Assembly: GCA_000025185.1 (NCBI GenBank)
Contig: CP001848.1
Coordinates: 2,070,001-2,102,000 of the forward strand
Length of the DNA stretch: 32,000 nt
Direction: 5' to 3'
Source of the DNA: Pirellula staleyi DSM 6068
Lineage (GTDB): Bacteria > Planctomycetota > Planctomycetia > Pirellulales > Pirellulaceae
In this document: positions 7,731 to 15,368 of the stretch, piece by piece
How positions within the stretch are numbered: the stretch's first letter is position 1
How the letters are laid out: every line of letters begins with the position of its first letter
Translations under genes and position numbers: made by a program
The notes under the pieces: generated by a model
Seen by the model: the letters and a program-made list of their open reading frames with translations, nothing else
What the model was told of the DNA's origin: nothing
The model's database searches: none

Positions 7731-7922
7731 TTAGGGCTGAACGTTGAGCGCTTCGATAGCATCGGCGAGCTGCGAAAGTTCGCTCACCGTAGCATTGCGT
7801 ACAGCACCCAGTCCGCCGATCACACCGATGACAAGCACCGTCACCAGGAGCACCCATTCGAGGGTCAGCACGCCACGTCGGGTGCTCTTTTTTGCTCGAG
7901 GCATCGAATTACGCCAGGCCAT
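7731..7922 (-). CDS. Flp/Fap-type (type IVb, Tad) pilin-like small protein
   Basis: The ORF encodes MAWRNSMPRAKKSTRRG/VLTLEWVLLVTVLVIGVIGGLGAV...: a basic leader, then G-xxxx-E-W resembling the Flp G/XXXXEY processing motif, then a hydrophobic helix. GC3 is about 62% by hand count, consistent with coding. Alternative starts are GTG 7931 and ATG 7904. No tad/cpa genes are present in the window. Confidence 0.5.
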   Translation of the reverse strand: MAWRNSMPRAKKSTRRGVLTLEWVLLVTVLVIGVIGGLGAVRNATVSELSQLADAIEALNVQP

Positions 7923-8455
7923 AGTTCTCACCCATCGTTAGAAGAACAAACATGCCATCTGCCGTCATCTTGCAGACACGCTTAGCTACCACTATGCACC
8001 CGGCGTGCCAAACCCTCTTGAGAAGTAGAAGCGATTTTTGCTGATGGCTAGAACTAGGCTTCGCGCAAGCAGTTGAGGCAAAGAAGTGCAAAATCGGAGT
8101 CAGGCAAGCAGAGCGGCGCGTGTTCAGCCGCTGAAACATCGTGGGGCAAGTTATGTTGACAAATGGCAACAGAACTTCGCGCGCGATGAGATTTCGCAAC
8201 ATCACTTGCAGCGACCATTTGCTGACGTGTCGCGAGGGATTGAAGTGGCCGATTGTAGCGATTATGCCGGTAAATTCGCAGTGAAATCGCTCTGCGGATG
8301 TGCGTGCAAAGGGACGCATTCCACGACAGCTTATGCCAATTTTTTGAAGCAGATCTGCCGGATGCTGATAAAGATTCGTTGCACTGGTGTACAGCGGAGT
8401 AGAATAAAACTGGTTGGTTTCGCCGACATGTTCACCTCTGTAAACAGAACCTTCT

Positions 8456-11386
8456 GTGATGTTTCTCGTCCGCGCACGATTGCTGGGATTGCTAGTGACG
8501 ATATCCACCCTGATATCGCCCCTTGATCTGCGCGCGGAAAGACCGGTGGAAGTTGCCCAGCAAGATGCAAAACATTGGGCTTACGAAACTCCACGCCGCG
8601 CGTCGCTGCCCAAGCTTGCGAGCGAGAAGCGGCTGTATGATCCGCTGGATATCTGGATCGAAGCAGCCATCGAGCGAGCGGGGCTAACAGCAGCGCGCGA
8701 GGCATCTCGAGAAGTGCTGCTGCGTCGCGTGACTTTGCATCTCACCGGGCTTCCACCCACGCTCGAAGAGCGCGAGCGTTTTCTCGCAGATAGTTCTCCC
8801 GATGCTTACGAGCGGCTTGTCGATCGACTTCTCGCTTCGCCTCATTACGGCCAGCGGATGGCAACGCCTTGGCTCGACTTGGCTCGGTATGCCGATACGC
8901 ACGGCTATCACAGCGACACCGAGCGCGACATGTGGCGTTGGCGCGACTGGGTGATCGATGCACTCAACAGCAATCTTCCCTACGACGAGTTCACGCGTTG
9001 GCAACTTGCCGGCGACCTGCTGCCGAATGCAACCCTCGAGCAAAAGCTGGCAACGGGACTGCATCGAAATCACATGTTGATGGACGAGGATGGCTCGATT
9101 CCCGAAGAGTTTCTCGCCGAGTACATCGCCGACCGCGTGGCCGTGACCGGAACCATTTGGCTTGGACAAACGCTTGCTTGTGCGCGGTGTCACGATCACA
9201 AGCACGATCCGATATCGCAGCGCGATTACTACGAAATGGCCGCTTTTTTCAGCCAAATTCCCGAGAATGGGCTCGGCGGTCGAAGTGGCAACGCGCCACC
9301 ACTGCTCACCGCGCCAACACGTAGTCAGCAGTTGCGTCTTGATCAGTTAGCGCAGCAAATCGAAGGCCTCAAGCAAACGCTTCGTGCTATCGAGAAGAAT
9401 TCCGCGGAGGCGTTTTCGCGCTGGGAAGCTTCGGCTGCTGAGCGTACACTCGCCGCCCCGCGCGAACCCGAGGGCTTGGTGCTTCATCTTCCCCTCGATG
9501 AAACCGAAGGCAAGATCGCGCGTGGTGCAGAAGACTCGCTTCCGACGGCAAAGATCAATGGCGATCCCTCGTGGATCGAAGGAAAGCGAGCTGGCGCTAT
9601 TTTGCTCGATGGAAAAACGTTCCTTACGTTGCCATCGAGTCTGAAGATCGATCCTCTCGCTGGCGCTACCGTGGTGGCCTGGATCTTTCCCACGACGAAG
9701 GATCGCATGACGATCGCCAGTTCGGTTGATCCCGATGAACATGCGCGAGGGTGGCAGTTCGGTATCGAAGAAGGACGACTCTTCGTCTCTCTCACCCACA
9801 AGCAAGCTGTCGATGAACTTGTGGTGCGCGCAAACGAGTCACTCCCTCTGCGACGTTGGCAGCAGGTGGCTATGGTCACTTCAGGTGGCACGAAGTCGAC
9901 AGAATTTATGCTCTATGTCGATGGCCAACCGATCGCGTCGACGATTTTGTCGAGGACACTTAGCGGGCATATTGCGGTCGATAAGCCGATTGCTATTGCA
10001 CATCGTGATGAGGATGAAGCATTTCGCGGATTGCTCGATGAGGTGCGAATCTACGATCGTTCGCTGACTGCTGATGCGGTCGCACAACTGGCTGGCGATC
10101 AGCCGGTGGCTCGTCTACTGAAGATCGCGCGGCAAGATCGAACAGCTGACCAACAGCAAATGTTGCGCGATTACTTTCTCGAGCATGAAGTGGCCGAGTA
10201 TCGCGCGGCAGTGCATCAGTTACAAAAATTCGCAGCCGAGCGCGATCAGTTGTTGCGTTCGGCACCGGTGGCAATGGTGATGCAGCAGGCATCGCAGCAG
10301 CGAAAGAGTTTTCTCCTGTCGGGAGGCTCGTACGAAAAGCCCACAGCTGAAGTACAGCCTCAAATCCCTGCAATTCTTCGGGGAAAAACGATCGATTTAG
10401 CTCCCGGCACATCCCTCTTGGAGAAGCCACTCACTCGTCTGGATCTGGCTAACTGGATCACTAGTCCGTCGAATCCACTCACAGCGCGCGTGGCTGTGAA
10501 TCGTGCCTGGCAGATTTTTTTCGGAACGGGCATCGTGAAGAGTGTGGATGATTTTGGAACGTACGGCGATCGACCAAGCCATCCTGAATTGCTCGACATG
10601 CTGGCGCTTGATTTTGTCGCGAGTGGCTGGGACCTGAAGCAGCTGCATCGCCGCATAGTCACCAGCAGTACCTTTCGGCGCGCTTCCGACGCAGACGTTC
10701 GCGCTCGCGAGCTTGATCCGACGAATCGATTACTTTCGTACTTTCCTCGGACTCGCTTGCCCGCGGAGATGATTCGCGATCAAGCCCTCGCCGCGAGTTC
10801 GCTCATGTCGCACGAGCAGGGTGGTGTTGGCATGAAGCCTTACTTGCCGGCCGACCTTTGGAAAGAATTGGCATACGATCCGCAGCAGTACACGGCTCAG
10901 CAGTATGCCCAAAGCAAAGGGGCTGAGCTGTACAAGCGAAGTGTTTATCTCTTCATCAAACGGTCGGCAACTTATCCGTTTCTACTGTTGTTCGATGCCA
11001 CTAGTCGCGAGACATGCACTGCGGCGCGCGATGTCACTCGTACACCACTGCAAGCCCTTGTCTTGATGAATGACGTTGCCTTTGTCGAAGCTGCTCGTGA
11101 GCTGGCAACTGTGGCCATTCGTTCGTCGAAGTCCGGCTCCGAGCGAATCACAGCGATGTTTCGCCGAACATTATCGCGCGAGGCTTCGCCCCACGAAACT
11201 GCGCTGCTGTTGTCACTTCTGGCATCGCAGCAATCGCGATTTTCTGCAGATGCAAGCGCTGCTCAAGCGCTCATCGAACTTGGGGATCGGCCTGCGGATC
11301 CCACCATTGCTGCAGCGGAACTCGCTTCGTGGACCATGATCGCCAGCACGATTTTGAATCTCGATGAAGTGCAGCGACCTCGATAG
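8456..11386 (+). CDS. DUF1549 (PSCyt2) / DUF1553 (PSD1) domain protein with an inserted LamG (Laminin_G_3-like) domain
   Basis: 976 aa starting at GTG 8456 or ATG 8459, with a signal peptide. The DUF1549 hallmarks are HWAYETP and CARCHDHKHDP (C-A-R-C-H at nt 9179-9193). The LamG-like block spans roughly aa 375-545 (...LLDEVRIYDRSLTADAV). The C-terminal PSD1-like region includes NRAWQIFFGTGIV and DFGTYGDRPSHPELLD. Confidence 0.9.
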   Translation: MMFLVRARLLGLLVTISTLISPLDLRAERPVEVAQQDAKHWAYETPRRASLPKLASEKRLYDPLDIWIEAAIERAGLTAAREASREVLLRRVTLHLTGLPPTLEERERFLADSSPDAYERLVDRLLASPHYGQRMATPWLDLARYADTHGYHSDTERDMWRWRDWVIDALNSNLPYDEFTRWQLAGDLLPNATLEQKLATGLHRNHMLMDEDGSIPEEFLAEYIADRVAVTGTIWLGQTLACARCHDHKHDPISQRDYYEMAAFFSQIPENGLGGRSGNAPPLLTAPTRSQQLRLDQLAQQIEGLKQTLRAIEKNSAEAFSRWEASAAERTLAAPREPEGLVLHLPLDETEGKIARGAEDSLPTAKINGDPSWIEGKRAGAILLDGKTFLTLPSSLKIDPLAGATVVAWIFPTTKDRMTIASSVDPDEHARGWQFGIEEGRLFVSLTHKQAVDELVVRANESLPLRRWQQVAMVTSGGTKSTEFMLYVDGQPIASTILSRTLSGHIAVDKPIAIAHRDEDEAFRGLLDEVRIYDRSLTADAVAQLAGDQPVARLLKIARQDRTADQQQMLRDYFLEHEVAEYRAAVHQLQKFAAERDQLLRSAPVAMVMQQASQQRKSFLLSGGSYEKPTAEVQPQIPAILRGKTIDLAPGTSLLEKPLTRLDLANWITSPSNPLTARVAVNRAWQIFFGTGIVKSVDDFGTYGDRPSHPELLDMLALDFVASGWDLKQLHRRIVTSSTFRRASDADVRARELDPTNRLLSYFPRTRLPAEMIRDQALAASSLMSHEQGGVGMKPYLPADLWKELAYDPQQYTAQQYAQSKGAELYKRSVYLFIKRSATYPFLLLFDATSRETCTAARDVTRTPLQALVLMNDVAFVEAARELATVAIRSSKSGSERITAMFRRTLSREASPHETALLLSLLASQQSRFSADASAAQALIELGDRPADPTIAAAELASWTMIASTILNLDEVQRPR

Positions 11387-11418
11387 CCGCTGCTTCAGCG
11401 CTCGGGAATTGATTGGTC

Positions 11419-13128
11419 TTATCGCGATTCTTCCAGCACTTCTTCCGTGGCAAGCCCCATCGCTTCAATGGCTGCCATTAGAGAGCCACTCGCTGTAGCC
11501 GAGTCCAAGTTTTCTCCCTCCGCGCGATTCACATGGGCGACTTCGTTCGCCTCGCGCGAGAGTGAAAGCAGATCGTTCACCAACTCTTGAATGCGGCTGG
11601 CACCACCGACCATGCAAGGTACCAAATCGTCTCCCTTGGTATCGAATCGCTGCTGCAGATCGTCGCACTCGTGACGCAGACAACCGACCGTTTGCGAGAT
11701 GCGCGACTCGATGGGTGGCCCTGCAAGAATCTCGGTGCGCGTCGGCATGTTCGCGGTCCGTTCACTCTCGGGTATCAAATCCGCATGCTGACTGATCGCA
11801 ATCAAATTCGAGAAATACCGCAGTAAACTGCCACGCGTGATGAGTCCTGTCGGACGCCCGTCTCGCACAATCACGGCAGCGCGAATCGTAACACGACACA
11901 GGAATTCGTAGATCGAAAGAGCGGGAGTGTCTTCGTCGTAGCAGACCACATTCTGCTTCATGACATCCTTGATTTGCGTGTTCCACCACTGTGGCCAAAG
12001 CATGATCGACATCACATCTTTTTCGGAAAGGATGCCGACCAGCTTTCCTTCGCTATCGACCACGGGAGCCGAGTTGATGCGAAAACGCAGGAAGAACTTG
12101 GAAGCGCTCCCGACTTTGTCGTCCTGACGAAGCGTGGCGACCATGGCCGTCATCACGCAACTGGCAGGGACATTTTTGAGGAGCGTAATTGGATCGGTGT
12201 CGGCCGTATGGACCTGCGTGTTGCCGAGCATCGATGAGAACGTGACGATGCGATCACGTCCGCTACGTTTGGCCACCAGCAGTGCTTGATCGGCCATGTC
12301 AACGAGTTGATCAGGCTGCGCGTTGTCGACCATGCGCTGAGCAACGCCGCCTGAAATGGTGATCGCCAGTTCTTTGCCATCCACCATAATGCGGTCGGCA
12401 GCCACCAGCTTGCGAATCCGTTCGGCCCAAATCGCGGCATTCGATTCCGTCGTTTCGGGAAGGAGCACGGCAAACTCTTCGCCGCCAAATCGCGCAATGA
12501 CATCGCTACCACGACAGTTCGACGAGAGCGTTCGGCCAATCCGGCGAATCACTTCATCTCCGACCGGATGGCCATAAGTGTCGTTAATTCGCTTGAAAAA
12601 GTCGCAGTCGAACATCACGCACGAAAGTGGAAAATGGTGACGCGTCGAACGTCCCCATTCTTTGACGAGCATCTCGTGGAACACTTTTTTCGTGAGCAAG
12701 CCAGTCATCGGATCGGTGCGAGCAAGCAAACTCAAACGCTTCTCGAGTTCCAGCACACGCGAAGCGGCGCGTAAACGGGCGAGCAATTCATCCTTGTCGA
12801 CAGGCTTCTTCACGAAGTCGTCGGCACCGGCATCGAGCCCGCGAATCATGTCGTCGAGTCCGCTGCGAACCGTCAAGAAGATGATGTAGACGTAGTTCGG
12901 CAAATTCTGCGCGCGGACCCAGCGTACAAGCTCGAGCCCATCCATGTGCGGCATTTCCCAGTCGGTAACCAGTACCTGCGGGCAGTCCTGCTCGATCATC
13001 GCAGCAGCTTGCGCTCCATCGACGGCGCGCTGGACGTTGTAACCCGCCGACTCGAGCCACTTCGAGAGTAGCCGGAGCATGGCAGAGTCGTCGTCGGCCA
13101 ATAGCACCTTGGGCGAGAGTTGTGGCAT
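11419..13128 (-). CDS. Response-regulator diguanylate cyclase: REC + GGDEF (with I-site) + CBS pair + about 120-aa C-terminal domain of unknown type
   Basis: ATG 13128 is preceded by AAAGG; the track start is TTG 13134 and residue numbers below count from it. The REC domain has LLADDD and the acceptor Asp in VLVTDWEMP (D58). The GGDEF domain has RFGGEEF (nt 12472-12486) with RGSD (RxxD) exactly 5 residues upstream. Two CBS-like repeats are present (VDSEGKLVGILSEKDV, VIVRDGRPTGLITRGSLL). Confidence 0.9.
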   Translation of the reverse strand: MPQLSPKVLLADDDSAMLRLLSKWLESAGYNVQRAVDGAQAAAMIEQDCPQVLVTDWEMPHMDGLELVRWVRAQNLPNYVYIIFLTVRSGLDDMIRGLDAGADDFVKKPVDKDELLARLRAASRVLELEKRLSLLARTDPMTGLLTKKVFHEMLVKEWGRSTRHHFPLSCVMFDCDFFKRINDTYGHPVGDEVIRRIGRTLSSNCRGSDVIARFGGEEFAVLLPETTESNAAIWAERIRKLVAADRIMVDGKELAITISGGVAQRMVDNAQPDQLVDMADQALLVAKRSGRDRIVTFSSMLGNTQVHTADTDPITLLKNVPASCVMTAMVATLRQDDKVGSASKFFLRFRINSAPVVDSEGKLVGILSEKDVMSIMLWPQWWNTQIKDVMKQNVVCYDEDTPALSIYEFLCRVTIRAAVIVRDGRPTGLITRGSLLRYFSNLIAISQHADLIPESERTANMPTRTEILAGPPIESRISQTVGCLRHECDDLQQRFDTKGDDLVPCMVGGASRIQELVNDLLSLSREANEVAHVNRAEGENLDSATASGSLMAAIEAMGLATEEVLEESR

Positions 13129-13525
13129 TCGCAAACCTTTTTCCGCATACGTTGACTGGGCGAGTCTGCTCCACTAACACACGTTCACCGTGGCTGTGAA
13201 GCTCGTAATTTAGTACCCAAACGTAGCTCGCTGCTAAGTTTGCAAATCGCTGGGGTGATAACTTCAGCCTCGGGTGCGTACAGTTCGCGACCACTTTGTA
13301 GCGATTGTGCCGCAAGGTACGATTCTTCTACTACGTACTCTGGGGAGTTTTTTTGAAGAGTCGCAGTGGTCGCGACGGGTGGAGTGGCTACGGCGAGCTG
13401 CGCGAATGCGGAAGTGTATTCGTCGCTTGCGATACCACACGAATCAGCTGCTACGAAAAAAGTTGTCAGCGCTCTAGAGTATGAATCATCGCGTGAATAT
13501 CTCGGGATCATGAGAGGATCGATGC

Positions 13526-13951
13526 GTGTTTGTTTACCGGCGGCGCGTGGCGTTTAGCGAAACCGATATGGCAGGGATCGTCCACTTTGCCAACTTCTTC
13601 CGTTACATGGAAGAAGCTGAGCATGCCCTCTTTCGTTCGCTCGATTTGCCAAAGATCTGGCACTTGCCCGACGGGAGCGTGATCGGCTGGCCGCGCGTGC
13701 AGGTCAGCTGCCAGTATCAGTCGGCTGCAATGTTCGACGATGAACTCGAGATTCGTCTCAACATCGATCGTGTCGGTGGAAGTTCGCTCACGATGAGTTT
13801 TGAGATCTATCGTGGAGAGACGCGGCTCGCGAAAGGCTCGATGAAAACTGCCTGCATTGTGCGCCCCTTGGGCGAATCGATGCGAGCGGTCGAGATGCCG
13901 GTCGAATATGCCGAAAAACTGGGCGCGATCGAAAATCCTCGAGAAAAATAG
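13526..13951 (+). CDS. Acyl-CoA thioesterase, 4HBT/YbgC-type hotdog fold
   Basis: 141 aa with a GTG start. The N-terminus RRRVAFSETDMAGIVHFANFFRYMEEAEHALFRSL matches the YbgC/4-hydroxybenzoyl-CoA thioesterase signature (catalytic Asp in xxTD, then VHxxxY). Confidence 0.85.
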   Translation: MFVYRRRVAFSETDMAGIVHFANFFRYMEEAEHALFRSLDLPKIWHLPDGSVIGWPRVQVSCQYQSAAMFDDELEIRLNIDRVGGSSLTMSFEIYRGETRLAKGSMKTACIVRPLGESMRAVEMPVEYAEKLGAIENPREK

Positions 13952-13987
13952 CCTGTTTCGAGGTTGCGAAACTTTCCGGGGACTTGC

Positions 13988-15358
13988 TTAGGTTCCCGTA
14001 ATCTCGCGAATGACCGATCCATTTTCGGAGAGCGCGACATCGCGACCATCGGGAGTGCGCAGCTTGCGTTTGGGATCGACTCCCATCAGCTGATAGATCG
14101 TGGCGACCAAATCGGCGGGGGTTACTGGCTGGTCTGCAGGACTTTCCCCATGTTTGTCGCTACTCCCAACGACGTGCCCTTGCGGGACACCACCGCCGAA
14201 CATCAGCGCGCTGAAAACTCGCGGCCAATGGTCGCGACCACCTTCGACGTTGATCTTGGGAGTCCGTCCGAACTCCCCCATCACCAGCACAACCGTTTCG
14301 TCGAATAACTCGCGCTCGACGAGATCATCGAGCAGCGCTGCGAGTCCTTGATCGAGCAGTGGCGCAAGACCCACTCCGACTTTCGCGCCAGCGTAGCCAT
14401 CACGCAGGCGCAGCGCCAAGTCGCTGTGCGTATCCCATCCCAATTGATTCACGGTAATGAGCGGAACCCCACGTTCGGCAAGTCGACGGGCCAGCAGTAA
14501 GCTTTGGCCAATCAATCGATCGCCGTATCGAGCAAGTGTGGCTGGCTGCTCTCGTTCGATTTGAAAGGCCTCGCGCGCGTCGGGAGATGTCAGCATCTCG
14601 AACGCTTGTCGAGCGGCTGGACTGAGGGCTTCGTCGGATGGTTGGTTCGCGTCGCGTGCTGTTTGCGATTGATCGAGCAGTCCCAGATACTCGCGCCGCT
14701 GATCGACTCGCAAACGTGTGAGTTCGGGTGGTAGCGTGAGATTTTTGGGGACCAGCGAACCTTGGGGATCCGAATCGCGATGCAATTCGTATGGCCTGGC
14801 ACTGGCTCCTAAAAACCCTTCAGCGCGAAGCTGACTACCACCCACTTGATGGTGAGGAATCGCTATGTGACGAGGGAGAATTGCGCGTGACTGGTCGAGA
14901 TGAGCCAGTGTGCCGGTGAACGCTGGGTACTCGACCGCGCCGGTCGGCTTGTGCCCGGTGAGTGCGTAGTGCGTTGCCAAATTGTGCTCGCCAAGAGGGC
15001 TTGTAATGCTCCGAACCAGCGTGCAGCGATCGAGTCGCTCGGCCATCCGTGGCAGCACTTCGCCGAGCTGTACACCTGGGATTTTGGTTGCGATCGAGCG
15101 CAGCGGGCCACGTATCGCGGCCGGAGCATTGGGCTTGGGATCGAACAGCTCGAGGTGACTCGGACCACCATCGAGCCACACCAAAATACAGCGTTTGGCT
15201 CGAGAAAAAGGTGGTGTTGGAGCAGAGTCGTCGGCCACAGCCCTGCTATTCATCCCGAGCCAAAGTGCCGCGCCGATGGCTGAGCAGGGAAGCGAGAGTT
15301 CGAGAAAATCTCGCCGCGATGGATGCTTAGAGTTGTGAAGAAGTCTGCCAGAAGTCAT
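13988..15358 (-). CDS. DUF1501 domain protein (sulfatase/alkaline-phosphatase-like superfamily) with a Tat signal
   Basis: 456 aa starting at ATG 15358, with the twin-arginine motif SRRDFLELS. The DUF1501-typical blocks are ILVWLDGGPSHLELFDPKP, GWDTH and GEFGRTP. The gene starts 10 bp after the stop of the upstream PSD1 gene. Confidence 0.9.
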   Translation of the reverse strand: MTSGRLLHNSKHPSRRDFLELSLPCSAIGAALWLGMNSRAVADDSAPTPPFSRAKRCILVWLDGGPSHLELFDPKPNAPAAIRGPLRSIATKIPGVQLGEVLPRMAERLDRCTLVRSITSPLGEHNLATHYALTGHKPTGAVEYPAFTGTLAHLDQSRAILPRHIAIPHHQVGGSQLRAEGFLGASARPYELHRDSDPQGSLVPKNLTLPPELTRLRVDQRREYLGLLDQSQTARDANQPSDEALSPAARQAFEMLTSPDAREAFQIEREQPATLARYGDRLIGQSLLLARRLAERGVPLITVNQLGWDTHSDLALRLRDGYAGAKVGVGLAPLLDQGLAALLDDLVERELFDETVVLVMGEFGRTPKINVEGGRDHWPRVFSALMFGGGVPQGHVVGSSDKHGESPADQPVTPADLVATIYQLMGVDPKRKLRTPDGRDVALSENGSVIREITGT

Positions 15359-15368
15359 GGATAAGTCC

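Noticed and set aside
7909-8508. A 199-aa minus ORF, plus an overlapping 146-aa plus ORF at 8086-8526, in the AT-richer gap.
   Set aside because: Both overlap the starts of neighbouring genes and overlap each other. I recognise no motifs in them. The locally lower GC content allows long random ORFs. I kept the region as a non-coding finding instead.
13185-13511. A 108-aa minus ORF upstream of the diguanylate cyclase gene.
   Set aside because: A hand count gives GC3 of about 44%, against about 67% for a bona fide gene here. It uses many rare-looking codons (AGA, CTA, TTA, GTA) and has no recognisable features. It is most likely part of the 397-bp divergent promoter region.
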